Origin: Octopus bimaculoides
Taxonomy: Eukaryota
NCBI RefSeq assembly: GCF_001194135.2
Contig: NC_068993.1
Location: forward strand, 1,615,355 to 1,662,116
Length of the DNA stretch: 46,762 nucleotides
Reading direction: 5' to 3'
Part shown: one piece after another, positions 25,291 to 37,858 of the stretch
Position numbering within the stretch: the first letter of the stretch is position 1
How the letters are laid out: every line of letters starts with the position of its first letter
Position numbers and translations under genes: made by a program
Notes under the pieces: model-generated
Database searches by the model: none
The model's input: only the letters and a program-made list of their open reading frames with translations
What the model was told of the DNA's origin: nothing

Positions 25291-25548
25291 NNNNNNNNNN
25301 NNNNNNNNNNNNNNNNNNNNNNNNNNNNNNNNNNNNNNNNNNNNNNNNNNNNNNNNNNNNNNNNNNNNNNNNNNNNNNNNNNNNNNNNNNNNNNNNNNNN
25401 NNNNNNNNNNNNNNNNNNNNNNNNNNNNNNNNNNNNNNNNNNNNNNNNNNNNNNNNNNNNNNNNNNNNNNNNNNNNNNNNNNNNNNNNNNNNNNNNNNNN
25501 NNNNNNNNNNNNNNNNNNNNNNNNNNNNNNNNNNNNNNNNNNNNNNNN

Positions 25549-25598
<50 letters not shown>

Positions 25599-25847
25599 TT
25601 GCACATATACATAGAAACATATATACATATATACACTCGTGAACCTCAAGAGACAATTCGTATGCAAGTGTGTATATATTTTAAAAATTAGGACACTGGA
25701 AATCTAGTCAACCACGAGTGTATGTGCGGTGTGGCTGATGTATATACATAGACGTATACACATACATACATGCATACATACATACATACATACATACATA
25801 CATACATACACATACATACATACATTCACGTACATGTATATTTGTAA

Positions 25848-25908
<61 letters not shown>

Positions 25909-26630
25909 AGTGTGTGTGTATATATATATATATATATATCAAGATGAATGTATGTGTATTTATGGGCGCGTAAGTCAGTTTATGGATATATGAATTTGAC
26001 GAAAGTATACGTATTTATATATGTATGAATGTGTATAATTATGGTTGAATTTGTAGACGTATATTATAGTTATGACTATAGGTACATACACACCCACACA
26101 CACGCATAAGTATATGCAGGTATATATCATGTATGTTTGGTTCTAGTGGCTGTGTCATCTAGACCATCTCTAAGATATATTCATATACGTAATATTTTTC
26201 ACAAAAAAATTTTTTGACAGAAAGCCAAACAAAAAAAGCTTATTGTTTACGTTGGGGTAGTATTTCCAAAAATTCCCTTTAAACTAGGTTTTTATTTTTA
26301 TCTTTCCTGAATTCGTTTTCGTTTGATGTTAAAAAAAAAAAGCATTGAATTTCCAAAGACTTTTTTTTGTCCTGACCACTTTGTCGTTGTTGGCATCATA
26401 TCCCCGCCCCACCTCGAGCTGTATGTATGCATGTGTCTGTGTGTGCTTGTCTGTGAGTGTGTATGTGCGTCTGTCTAACTATCTATTTATCGAACAATCT
26501 GATGTATATACATATGTATGTATGTATGTCATTATTCAGTTTATTTCAATATTTCTTGCCAAAAGAGAAAGAACCGGTTTCTAACCTAGATCCAAGGCTC
26601 CTTCATTGGAATTTCAACATCAACAACAGG

Positions 26631-26713
<83 letters not shown>

Positions 26714-28583
26714 CTTCTCCTTCTATCTCATATACGCTAGTTATATACAATACAATCTATTTATCATTCACTCTACCCTGAATTGTGGTACAATATGGAC
26801 AGATTTTTGAATACCAAGGAATATTTATGCGGATATAACAATTTAAAGGATAAGCCTATTATAATGGATAATACTAAATGGACTTTTCCTTTTTCTCTCT
26901 CTTTTTCTTTTTTCTTTGTGATGTAATCTTGGGACTGAAAATGTTTGCGGCTGAAGATAGCTTTAAACCATCCTTTCTATCAATTATATACTCATATAAT
27001 GATGCAGCGACNNNNNNNNNNNNNNNNNNNNNNNNNNNNNNNNNNNNNNNNNNNNNNNNNNNNNNNNNNNNNNNNNNNNNNNNNNNNNNNNNNNNNNNNN
27101 NNNNNNNNNNNNNNNNNNNNNNNNNNNNNNNNNNNNNNNNNNNNNNNNNNNNNNNNNNNNNNNNNNNNNNNNNNNNNNNNNNNNNNNNNNNNNNNNNNNN
27201 NNNNNNNNNNNNNNNNNNNNNNNNNNNNNNNNNNNNNNNNNNNNNNNNNNNNNNNNNNNNNNNNNNNNNNNNNNNNNNNNNNNNNNNNNNNNNNNNNNNN
27301 NNNNNNNNNNNNNNNNNNNNNNNNNNNNNNNNNNNNNNNNNNNNNNNNNNNNNNNNNNNNNNNNNNNNNNNNNNNNNNNNNNNNNNNNNNNNNNNNNNNN
27401 NNNNNNNNNNNNNNNNNNNNNNNNNNNNNNNNNNNNNNNNNNNNNNNNNNNNNNNNNNNNNNNNNNNNNNNNNNNNNNNNNNNNNNNNNNNNNNNNNNNN
27501 NNNNNNNNNNNNNNNNNNNNNNNNNNNNNNNNNNNNNNNNNNNNNNNNNNNNNNNNNNNNNNNNNNNNNNNNNNNNNNNNNNNNNNNNNNNNNNNNNNNN
27601 NATCTTGTATGTATGTATGTGTGTGTGTATGTATGTATGTATGTATGTGTGTGTATGTATGTATGTATGTATGTATGTATGTATGTATGTATGTATGTAT
27701 GGTATGTGTGTGTGTGTGTTGGATTATATCCGTGACAAAAATAATTGAGTATTATTTTGACTGATACCAAATATAATATTATCAGAAACACATGTTTCGA
27801 GCGAGAGAGTTTTAATGCCGGATGTTTCTATTTTGTATATGTAAAGTCTAGCTTCTATTTCATTGTGCTAAATAGATTTGAACACACACACACACACACG
27901 CACACACACACACACACGCACACAAACACACACATCCATATCTATATTTATACCTATATCAATCTATCTGTTTCATATATATATATATATATGTACGTAN
28001 NNNNNNNNNNNNNNNNNNNNNNNNNNNNNNNNNNNNNNNNNNNNNNNNNNNNNNNNNNNNNNNNNNNNNNNNNNNNNNNNNNNNNNNNNNNNNNNNNNNN
28101 NNNNNNNNNNNNNNNNNNNNNNNNNNNNNNNNNNNNNNNNNNNNNNNNNNNNNNNNNNNNNNNNNNNNNNNNNNNNNNNNNNNNNNNNNNNNNNNNNNNN
28201 NNNNNNNNNNNNNNNNNNNNNNNNNNNNNNNNNNNNNNNNNNNNNNNNNNNNNNNNNNNNNNNNNNNNNNNNNNNNNNNNNNNNNNNNNNNNNNNNNNNN
28301 NNNNNNNNNNNNNNNNNNNNNNNNNNNNNNNNNNNNNNNNNNNNNNNNNNNNNNNNNNNNNNNNNNNNNNNNNNNNNNNNNNNNNNNNNNNNNNNNNNNN
28401 NNNNNNNNNNNNNNNNNGGTGTTGGTGGTGGTGGTAGTTGTGGTGACGGGTAAAGATGGTTGTCATTGTGGCAGTAGAAGGTGGCGGTGTCGTCGGTAAT
28501 AGAAGTATTCTACGTGAAAGTGGTGGTGGTGGTGGTGATAGTGCACGTGATGGAGCTGGGGGTGCCGGTGAGGGTGCTAGCAG

Positions 28584-28592
28584 CAGCAGTAT

Positions 28593-28637
<45 letters not shown>
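28584..28637. repeat. (TAG)n microsatellite
   Basis: Visible tandem triplets. Confidence 0.95.
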
Positions 28638-28671
28638 AAAGGACTGTTAAATGATTTAAATAATAAACTAC

Positions 28672-28801
28672 GATAGGTGAACCGTGATAGGTGAACCGCG
28701 ATAGGTGAACCGCGATAGGTGAACCGCGATAAGTGAACCGTGATAGATGAGCCGTGATAGGTGAACCGCGATAGGTGAACCGCGATAAGTGAACTGCGAT
28801 A
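28672..28801. repeat. 14-bp minisatellite (GATAGGTGAACCGC) x about 9
   Basis: Nine consecutive 14-bp units with few substitutions. Confidence 0.95.
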
Positions 28802-28899
28802 TGGCGACGGATTACTGTATTGCAGCATACAGATAATTTTTGTATAACAGACATTGTCGTACGTTATGAGTTATCTTTTAATTGTTGCAGCCACTGGAC

Positions 28900-29253
28900 A
28901 GTGGCCATGCTGGAGCACACTGCCAAGAAGTGTTTAGCCGTACAAACTGACCCCAGTACACCATCTTAAGTTCGGTAATTATTCTGTTGCTCTCTTTTGT
29001 CAAACAGCTAAGTTACGGTGACGTAAACAAACCAATACCAGTCATCACACAGCGGGAGGGGATAATCACACACACACACACACACTCACACACACGCGCA
29101 CACACACACAATCACAAATACGTCCTGCTTCCTTCAGTTTCGGTCAATCGAATCCACTCGCAAGACTTTGGTCTGTCCGAGGCTACAGCAGGAGACACTT
29201 GCTCATGGTGCCACGCAGTGGGACTGAACTCAGTACCATGTGGTTGGGAAGCA
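28900..29253 (-). mobile_element. SINE family B, near full-length diverged copy
   Basis: ggccatgctggagcac...agctaagttacggtgacgtaaaca...ttcagtttc...gacacttgctcatggtgccacgcagtgggactgaac...catgtggttgg is the reverse of the family B order. Confidence 0.85.
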
Positions 29254-29369
29254 ATATAAATATACACCTATGTATTACAATTATTGTACGTTTCTACATT
29301 GTACGACTATTCTTAGTTTTATAAATATTTTATTAATGCATTTTTCTTCTTGTTGTTCCACGTGAGGTC

Positions 29370-29510
29370 AAGTCAAGTCTAATAGATCTTTAACTAAAGA
29401 CACTCCTCTCATGACTATCCCGCATTTTGCTTAGTTTTGTTCAGTGAGCTATGAGGGATAGTTGCTGTTATTTCTTGCAGGTCGTGTGACCGTGTAAATG
29501 ACCCTCTTGT
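29370..29510 (+). mobile_element. Repeat family D, degenerate copy
   Basis: aaagacactcctctcatgactatccc...gctgttatttcttgcaggtcg. Confidence 0.55.
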
Positions 29511-30342
29511 CAGTTCGTAATAATTCATGAAGAGGGTGTCGAGCGTTTCTTTCTATGGTCACTTTAAATGTCTGATTTGTTGTTTTGTTTTTATTAGATG
29601 AGAAAACGGTTTATCTCGCTTTTGTCTTCTCTGGTCTCCGTCAATTAGCACCACTTAATTATATACGCTTTGTTACTAACTTACCAACAGGCCATCAAGT
29701 AAAACTATTTATTCGAGTACCATGAGAAAAATGCTGACCCTTTGAGTCACTGAGGCTTGATACAATGTCTTTAACATATTTTTCAAACTTTACCCAGATG
29801 TAGAGTAGATATTAAAAAAGAAAAAGAATCTTACCAAAACGTTAAGTATCTACTTTAAGTGCATCGTTAATACGCTTTACAGTTCTGCCAACAACAGTGC
29901 TTCATGTAAGATAGTACATAGTTGTTTAGTGTATGTAGCTGGGCAGAAATAGTCACTAAGCAAGCAGCAAAACCATGAAACAAATAGATTCTCCAACAAT
30001 CTGTTCGTGTAGTAAAAAGAGAAAGAGGCAAACAGACAAACAACCTCTGTTTATTCCACGTTGTAAACGTTAATCGGGCGCCAGAAAAATTGTGGTGGTT
30101 TCTATTGCTGGTCAATGGCTTCTGTTGTGTAAGCATGTTCCAAGGTAGGTAAATATATATGCATATATCTTAATATATATATATATACACACACACATGG
30201 AACAGCCACTTTGATATGGTGATTGACTGCACTTGTTAGTATGACTACTACCTTGATTTCTTCTTGAGATTTTACAAGTAGCTATTTTGCTTATATATAT
30301 ATATACACACACACACACAAACAAATGCACACACACACACAC

Positions 30343-30378
<36 letters not shown>

Positions 30379-31004
30379 NNNNNNNNNNNNNNNNNNNNNN
30401 NNNNNNNNNNNNNNNNNNNNNNNNNNNNNNNNNNNNNNNNNNNNNNNNNNNNNNNNNNNNNNNNNNNNNNNNNNNNNNNNNNNNNNNNNNNNNNNNNNNN
30501 NNNNNNNNNNNNNNNNNNNNNNNNNNNNNNNNNNNNNNNNNNNNNNNNNNNNNNNNNNNNNNNNNNNNNNNNNNNNNNNNNNNNNNNNNNNNNNNNNNNN
30601 NNNNNNNNNNNNNNNNNNNNNNNNNNNNNNNNNNNNNNNNNNNNNNNNNNNNNNNNNNNNNNNNNNNNNNNNNNNNNNNNNNNNNNNNNNNNNNNNNNNN
30701 NNNNNNNNNNNNNNNNNNNNNNNNNNNNNNNNNNNNNNNNNNNNNNNNNNNNNNNNNNNNNNNNNNNNNNNNNNNNNNNNNNNNNNNNNNNNNNNNNNNN
30801 NNNNNNNNNNNNNNNNNNNNNNNNNNNNNNNNNNNNNNNNNNNNNNNNNNNNNNNNNNNNNNNNNNNNNNNNNNNNNNNNNNNNNNNNNNNNNNNNNNNN
30901 NNNNNNNNNNNNNNNNNNNNNNNNNNNNNNNNNNNNNNNNNNNNNNNNNNNATATATATATATATATATATACATACATGCACATGTACATGTGTGTGTG
31001 TCTG

Positions 31005-31110
31005 TGTGTGTCTTTGTGCCCCTTCACCGACTAACAACCGGTGTTGGTGTGTTTAAGTTCCTTTAACTTGGCAGTTCGACAAAAAAGACCAATGGAATAA
31101 GTACCTGGTA
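31005..31110 (+). mobile_element. SINE family B, 3' fragment
   Basis: caaccggtgttggtgtgtttaagttcctttaacttggcagttcgacaaaaaagaccaatggaataagtacc. Confidence 0.7.
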
Positions 31111-31875
31111 TTAAAAAAAACCAGAAAAGAAAATAAATCCTGGAACAAGTAAAAAAAAATAATATAAATAAAATATTGTGAGAAGTAAAAACACCTCAAA
31201 CAATGAAATATAAAATATAAAATGTTTGTTGTTGTTGTTGATGTGGTTCAAAATAAAGAGAGATTTATAGAAGTTCAGTGGATAAAATATCGATTCCGAA
31301 AAGCTCTGAATTTATTATTTGTCACTGTGATTACGTCACAAAATTTTGAGTAAAGCTTTGCAGGTTGGTAAGAAACTCGGTGATAAAGTGAGGAACTAAA
31401 TGGAATGTGATGTAGAGTTTCAGGCTAGGATTTGAAACTTCTTTGTTCTGCTTTCCTCTGAACCATGAAAATTATGTCATGCGGCGACCTGAAACGTTTG
31501 TTGGCTTTATAAATAAATGTAAATTTTCTGGAGGGTAACGTAAACGACATTCAGGTTAAGGAAAGGAAAACTTTGGAGGACATCTTTCAAAATATGTTCA
31601 AATCCTTCGTTTTATATATTTACTTACAATGCTAATCTCATCTCTTTCTTTATAGTTTAATTCTCAACATGGTAGGCAATAGAGCAGATTAGTAATTATA
31701 AATACCAACTCCGAATAACAGTCTCAACTATTAGCTTCTGTGATGCCATATTGATGTTTTAAGAATGACTTTCAGAATTGAATTTTATCGTAGAATATTA
31801 TCTTCGTGATTAAGATATTTCACATTAGTTCTGTTTGATCGAAGCATCATTTTGTAAAGGACACAAATCGATGTA

Positions 31876-31934
<59 letters not shown>

Positions 31935-32112
31935 ATGTATGTATGCTAGATGTGTCGAAACACTTGTGATTAATAAATTCTCGTATATTCCATCTTCCAT
32001 GTTTCATTTGCCATATATGTATATATATATGTATAACTTACCAGCGTTCCCTTCATCATATATGCAGTAATCACATTCGGTTAAAATGGCTTATTGATGT
32101 GTTTTGTTTATC

Positions 32113-32185
32113 TGTTTTTTCCCTGATGAGAAGATCACATTGTTTTACATCATTTTATTCGAAACATATGTCGGAAGTATAAAGA
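32113..32185 (+). ncRNA. Type I hammerhead ribozyme motif with intact catalytic core; predicted cleavage after GUC (C32172)
   Basis: CUGAUGA 32123-32129; stem II GAA/UUC closed by G32130-C32160; GAAA 32161-32164; stem III AC-AUAU-GU (palindrome ACAUAUGU); C17 at 32172; stem I UUUCC(32118-32122)/GGAAG(32173-32177), then a UAU bulge and UUU/AAA. Confidence 0.72.
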
Positions 32186-32211
32186 TTTGAATAACATCTG
32201 CGTTTAACTCC

Positions 32212-32263
<52 letters not shown>

Positions 32264-32479
32264 GTGTGTGCACGCGCGCGTGCTTGTTTGTGTGTGTATG
32301 TATGTATGTATATATATATATAGTTCAAAAAAGGAAAAGGACAAAAAAACAACAACAAAAAACAACAACGTGAGGACGTGATACAGATTGTGTTACTACA
32401 CGCTCAGGAAGAAGTCAAAACACGTATAGTAATAAATAAACGAACGCAAAGCAGACACAGACGGTCAAGTTGAAAAGCA

Positions 32480-32566
<87 letters not shown>

Positions 32567-32874
32567 CGTGCGTGCGTGTGTGTTCTATCAATATATCTGT
32601 GTAACATGTTGTGTCGATGTCGTGAACCACACATGTGACGCCCTCTATCGTCACATGTGTCACATGAATAGTTTCAGGGACAGCCTTCTTATAACGACCC
32701 CCGCCTATTACATCAGCACATTTCAGATATTTCTGTTTATTTTATTGATTCTGTCGGGATTTGAACCTAACTCTTAAGTTACCACTCCCTTACATTTGCT
32801 TTGTGTCCCAAAACAAAGAATCCTTAATGTAAATTTTGTTGCCATTATTGTTTGTTGCTTTTGTTTTCTTTTCG

Positions 32875-33045
32875 CGTCAGCCCTGATCTAGCAGACTTTT
32901 GGTCAGAGGCGGTCCAAGCATATCCATCCCATGTGTTTTTTTTGTTGTTGTCCACACTCTACTTTGGATTATATTATCAAACGCACCCTTTCGTTTTGAA
33001 ATTTGCGGGAGATTTTGGCTGCTTTTTCTAGCAGGTCAATTTTGG
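32875..33045 (+). mobile_element. Repeat family D copy
   Basis: gtcagccctgatctagcagac...tccatccc...ggctgctttttctagcaggtc. Confidence 0.6.
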
Positions 33046-33118
33046 GGTTAGTAGCCCGCGCTCTTAACCACTACGCCACATGCTCGTGGATACGTTGTTG
33101 TTGTCGTCGTTGTTGTAG

Positions 33119-33290
33119 GCGGCCAATGGACAGAGTCGTCAGAGCGTCAGATAAATTGTTTTCTGTTAATCGTTCCGACTATCTTCAACCTGAGTTCTAA
33201 TACCACCGAGGTCAGCTTGACCTTTCCTCTTTTTGGGGTTCGGAGGGGTGGTGGTGGTCGATAGATAAGGTACCAGTCGTATACTGAGGT
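33119..33290 (+). mobile_element. SINE family A, old copy
   Basis: ctgagttctaataccaccgaggtcagcttgacctttcctc...ggtcgatagataaggtaccagtcgtatactgaggtc. Confidence 0.7.
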
Positions 33291-33459
33291 CTTTCTTGTC
33301 TTTCTTTTTGTCTGTCCCTTTCCTGGGTTCAAACTTGGAGAAGGATTAACTCTGTCAGGGCTAATAGTGCCCAAGACAAGCCGCGTATGCTAAGATGATG
33401 TTCCTACGACTCCTTTCGGCCCCATGGCACAGCATTTTGTATTTTTTGTTGTTGTTTAA

Positions 33460-33815
33460 CCTTGGGTCAGCAGTGATCAAACAGGCCAATGATCAAAAGT
33501 ATTCCCGTTGTGACCATCCCGTCTTTGAACATTATTATTGAAGACGATAGCTGCTATTTCCAACAGGTCAAGAGATGCTCCTTCATTCACTCAAAGTGGG
33601 TATGTTGAATACTGTTGATTAACCCCTGATGAGCTCCAACTGAATTAAATCACCATTCAAAGACACTCCAGCCGTAACCATCCTTCATGTATTTAGGGTT
33701 CCGTTATCTAACGTGTTCTATAAAATGACGGTCGGTTGGAAATCGAGGGCGGTTTAGCTGCTATTTCTAACGGTTGGAAAGATCGAAAGCATGTAGACGG
33801 TCCCTCGTTCATTTA
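33460..33815 (+). mobile_element. Two adjacent copies of repeat family D (about 33460-33575 and 33615-33815)
   Basis: gatcaaaagtattcccgttgtgaccatccc...gctgctatttccaacaggtcaag and aaagacactccagccgtaaccatcc...tagctgctatttctaacggttgg. Confidence 0.6.
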
Positions 33816-34218
33816 TTGGGTATGTTGGATGTTACGGGTGGGGTAAGGGGTAGAGTGAAAGTGAAGAACAGAAAGTAAAAAAGGGTGTTTGTGACACAAA
33901 GGACAATTCAGTTGAAGATTTTGTTTTTAATGTTTGGTTTAGAATTAATGTTGGTTGAACCATGATATTTAAGGGTAGATGGAGTGGGGGTGGGGGTGGG
34001 GTGGAAATAATGGCAGACCCACAGTGTAATTCTTACCCACACAACCAGCGCCATCCGCGCCGTCAGCAGCAACAGCAGCACCACTGTCAGCTGGAAGAAC
34101 TGATGAGAAACTTGCACAATACATCAACACTTTGCTGCTACTTGATGTGGTACATCTGTCTGCCTGTCTGTCTGCTCATTTACACGACGAGATAATAACG
34201 TATGACATATTAAGGAGT

Positions 34219-34296
<78 letters not shown>

Positions 34297-35344
34297 NNNN
34301 NNNNNNNNNNNNNNNNNNNNNNNNNNNNNNNNNNNNNNNNNNNNNNNNNNNNNNNNNNNNNNNNNNNNNNNNNNNNNNNNNNNNNNNNNNNNNNNNNNNN
34401 NNNNNNNNNNNNNNNNNNNNNNNNNNNNNNNNNNNNNNNNNNNNNNNNNNNNNNNNNNNNNNNNNNNNNNNNNNNNNNNNNNNNNNNNNNNNNNNNNNNN
34501 NNNNNNNNNNNNNNNNNNNNNNNNNNNNNNNNNNNNNNNNNNNNNNNNNNNNNNNNNNNNNNNNNNNNNNNNNNNNNNNNNNNNNNNNNNNNNNNNNNNN
34601 NNNNNNNNNNNNNNNNNNNNNNNNNNNNNNNNNNNNNNNNNNNNNNNNNNNNNNNNNNNNNNNNNNNNNNNNNNNNNNNNNNNNNNNNNNNNNNNNNNNN
34701 NNNNNNNNNNNNNNNNNNNNNNNNNNNNNNNNNNNNNNNNNNNNNNNNNNNNNNNNNNNNNNNNNNNNNNNNNNNNNNNNNNNNNNNNNNNNNNNNNNNN
34801 NNNNNNNNNNNNNNNNNNNNNNNNNNNNNNNNNNNNNNNNNNNNNNNNNNNNNNNNNNNNNNNNNNNNNNNNNNNNNNNNNNNNNNNNNNNNNNNNNNNN
34901 NNNNNNNNNNNNNNNNNNNNNNNNNNNNNNNNNNNNNNNNNNNNNNNNNNNNNNNNNNNNNNNNNNNNNNNNNATATATATATATATATATATATATACG
35001 TATATGAACGTATACATATGTGCAACATACGCACACATACTCACATATATACATATACGCGCAAACACACACACATATATCCTGATATATGCACACAGAC
35101 AATATCTAAGAGCGACATAAGTCGTTGCTCTTAAATGTATTTTCTGCCGTTGATCACAAACGATTTAGTCACGCACTGAATTAGTTATGACATTCATTGA
35201 AATCACGTTTGTCTGTTTGTCTGTCTGTCTCTGTCTCTCTTCCACACTCTCTCTCCCTCTCCCTCTCCCCACTCAGTCCATCCATCAACCGTCTGTTGTG
35301 CATGTGGGTATATATACATATGTATGTATGTACGTATGTAATAT

Positions 35345-35601
35345 ATATTCGTTGTTATTGTGCAAAAGTGTTGTAAGTCCAAAACGTTGCTTTTTCAGAA
35401 AACGAAATAGTTTCACCATTCCATAGCAAAACCGTTGTACTACACTTTGACAATTTTTGATATCTTGGCATCTGAAGCAGCTGGAGATACGATAGTTTGA
35501 CCAAAAGAACTGGTTATTGCAAGCAAAAGTAGATATTGAAAAAAAAAAACGCATTTGGCCAAATTCGGACATACGACAGTTTAACATAATAGCAACGATA
35601 T
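35345..35601. mobile_element. MITE-like element with about 35-bp terminal inverted repeats
   Basis: Left atattcgttgttattgtgcaaaagtgttgtaagtcc; right end reverse-complements to atatcgttgctattatgttaaactgtcgtatgtcc; second copy at 37351-37582. Confidence 0.8.
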
Positions 35602-35618
35602 GTATCCATCTGTTGGCC

Positions 35619-35652
<34 letters not shown>

Positions 35653-36114
35653 NNNNNNNNNNNNNNNNNNNNNNNNNNNNNNNNNNNNNNNNNNNNNNNN
35701 NNNNNNNNNNNNNNNNNNNNNNNNNNNNNNNNNNNNNNNNNNNNNNNNNNNNNNNNNNNNNNNNNNNNNNNNNNNNNNNNNNNNNNNNNNNNNNNNNNNN
35801 NNNNNNNNNNNNNNNNNNNNNNNNNNNNNNNNNNNNNNNNNNNNNNNNNNNNNNNNNNNNNNNNNNNNNNNNNNNNNNNNNNNNNNNNNNNNNNNNNNNN
35901 NNNNNNNNNNNNNNNNNNNNNNNNNNNNNNNNNNNNNNNNNNNNNNNNNNNNNNNNNNNNNNNNNNNNNNNNNNNNNNNNNNNNNNNNNNNNNNNNNNNN
36001 NNNNNNNNNNNNNNNNNNNNNNNNNNNNNNNNNNNNNNNNNNNNNNNNNNNNNNNNNNNNNNNNNNNNNNNNNNNNNNNNNNNNNNNNNNNNNNNNNNNN
36101 NNNNNNNNNNNNNN

Positions 36115-36157
<43 letters not shown>

Positions 36158-36237
36158 CACACGCACACGCACATTGACACACACACACGCACGCACACAC
36201 CCACACGCTAATATACATACATATACGCTCATATATC

Positions 36238-36452
36238 TTTTATCTTTTACTTGTCTCGATCATTTGACTGCGGCCATGCTGGAGCACCGTGCTGAAGGGT
36301 TCAGCAGAACAAACCGGCTTCAGTATTTTTTCGTGTAAAGCCTGGTACTTACTCTATCACATTCTTTTTGCCGAACCGCTAAAATTACGGGAACATAAAC
36401 AAACCAACTCCGGTTGTCAAACAATAGTAGGGGATAAACAAAGACACACTCA

Positions 36453-36490
<38 letters not shown>

Positions 36491-36683
36491 AACGCACACA
36501 CGCACACACACACATATTTATATATGCAACTTCTTTCAACTTCCATTTATCAAATCCACTCACAAGGCTTTAGTCGGCCTAGGGCTATAGTAGAAGACAC
36601 TTGCTCAAGGTGCCACGGAGAGGGAGTCACACCGGAACGATGTGGTTGGGAAACAAGAGTACTTACCACTCAGCCACGCCTGC
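36238..36683 (-). mobile_element. SINE family B, full-length
   Basis: From the 3' end (tcttttacttgtctcgatcatttgactgcggccatgctggagcacc) through the internal (CA)n to the head (gatgtggttgg...taccactcagccacgcc). Confidence 0.9.
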
Positions 36684-36691
36684 CTGCCTGC

Positions 36692-36753
<62 letters not shown>

Positions 36754-36780
36754 GTCTGTCTGTCTGTCTGTCTGTCTATT
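36684..36780. repeat. (CCTG)/(TATC)n/(TGTC)n tetranucleotide microsatellite
   Basis: Visible tandem tetramers. Confidence 0.95.
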
Positions 36781-37316
36781 ACATACATAATACGTACATA
36801 TATATCTACATATACATACGCATTCACACGCACACACACAAACATACATACCTAACTACACAGCCATATCTATATTCATATGTTCGTGAGAGGGGTTTGT
36901 GTGTGTGTATATATACACACCCACCCACCACTCCCATAATTCCGTCTGTTCTCACCGACCCAAACAGATTTCTGTCTGCTCCCCCGTCTCCCATTAAACC
37001 CCCATTCTTGAAAACGAAGAACCACTCTCTTGAATATACCAAGAAAGAGATTTCCGCGCAAGAGTATAATAATTACACAGTTTCTGCAGCGGAATATATT
37101 TACAGAGTATTTCAACACTTTACCCGAAACACAACATTACACACTTCTAAACTTACAACCTCCTATGTATTCTGCAGACATTCTTCGTGTCTGTTTGTTT
37201 ACAGGCGTTGCTATTGGTTACAGCTGGGATAGTTTAACAAAACGTTGGGGAGTTTGACGGTCGAACATTTTTGTATGGAGGTGTATGTGTGTATTTGTGT
37301 ATGCGTTTGTATGTAT

Positions 37317-37349
<33 letters not shown>

Positions 37350-37350
37350 T

Positions 37351-37582
37351 ATATCGTTGCTATTATGCAAAAGTGTCGTAAGTCCAAAACGTTGCTTTTT
37401 CATAAAACGATAAATAGTTTCACCATTCCATAGCGAAACCGTTCTACTACACTTTGACAATTTTTGATACCTTGACATCTGAAGCAGCTGGAGATACGAT
37501 AATTTGACCAAAAGAACCGACAATTGCAAGCAAAAATATATACTGAAAAAGACGCATTTGGCCAAATTTGGACATACGACAA
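37351..37582. mobile_element. Second MITE copy, same orientation as 35345-35601, right TIR truncated
   Basis: Aligns over about 230 bp with 35345-35580 and ends at ggacatacgacaa. Confidence 0.8.
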
Positions 37583-37858
37583 TTGATCAATGCTTTGACA
37601 TTTAACCGATCAGTAGTTTGACATTTGGCTGATCAATAGCTTCGCACATTATTGATCAGTAGTTTGACAACTCAATGATCAATAATTTGACACCTTATCG
37701 ATCTGTAATCTTGTACTTTATTCATCAATTGCTTCACATCTTAACTGATCACTTGTTCAATGCATGACCGATCAGTAATTTTACACCTCACTGATGAATA
37801 GTTTGACTTCTTAATGATCGATTAATTGATATCATATCGATTTGTAAATTTGACATTT
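37583..37858. repeat. Degenerate ~22-24-bp minisatellite (gatcagtagtttgacatt...)
   Basis: About 12 decayed units, each anchored by gatca and tttgaca. Confidence 0.7.

Noticed and set aside
27785-27830. gaaacacatgtttc near-palindrome (GAAACAUGU on minus)
   Set aside because: No CUGANGA upstream and position 17 is G.
31950-31980. cgaaacacttgtg about 205 bp upstream of the 32161 GAAAC, as a possible tandem second hammerhead
   Set aside because: No CUGANGA, position 17 is G, and flanks do not align with the 32113 copy.
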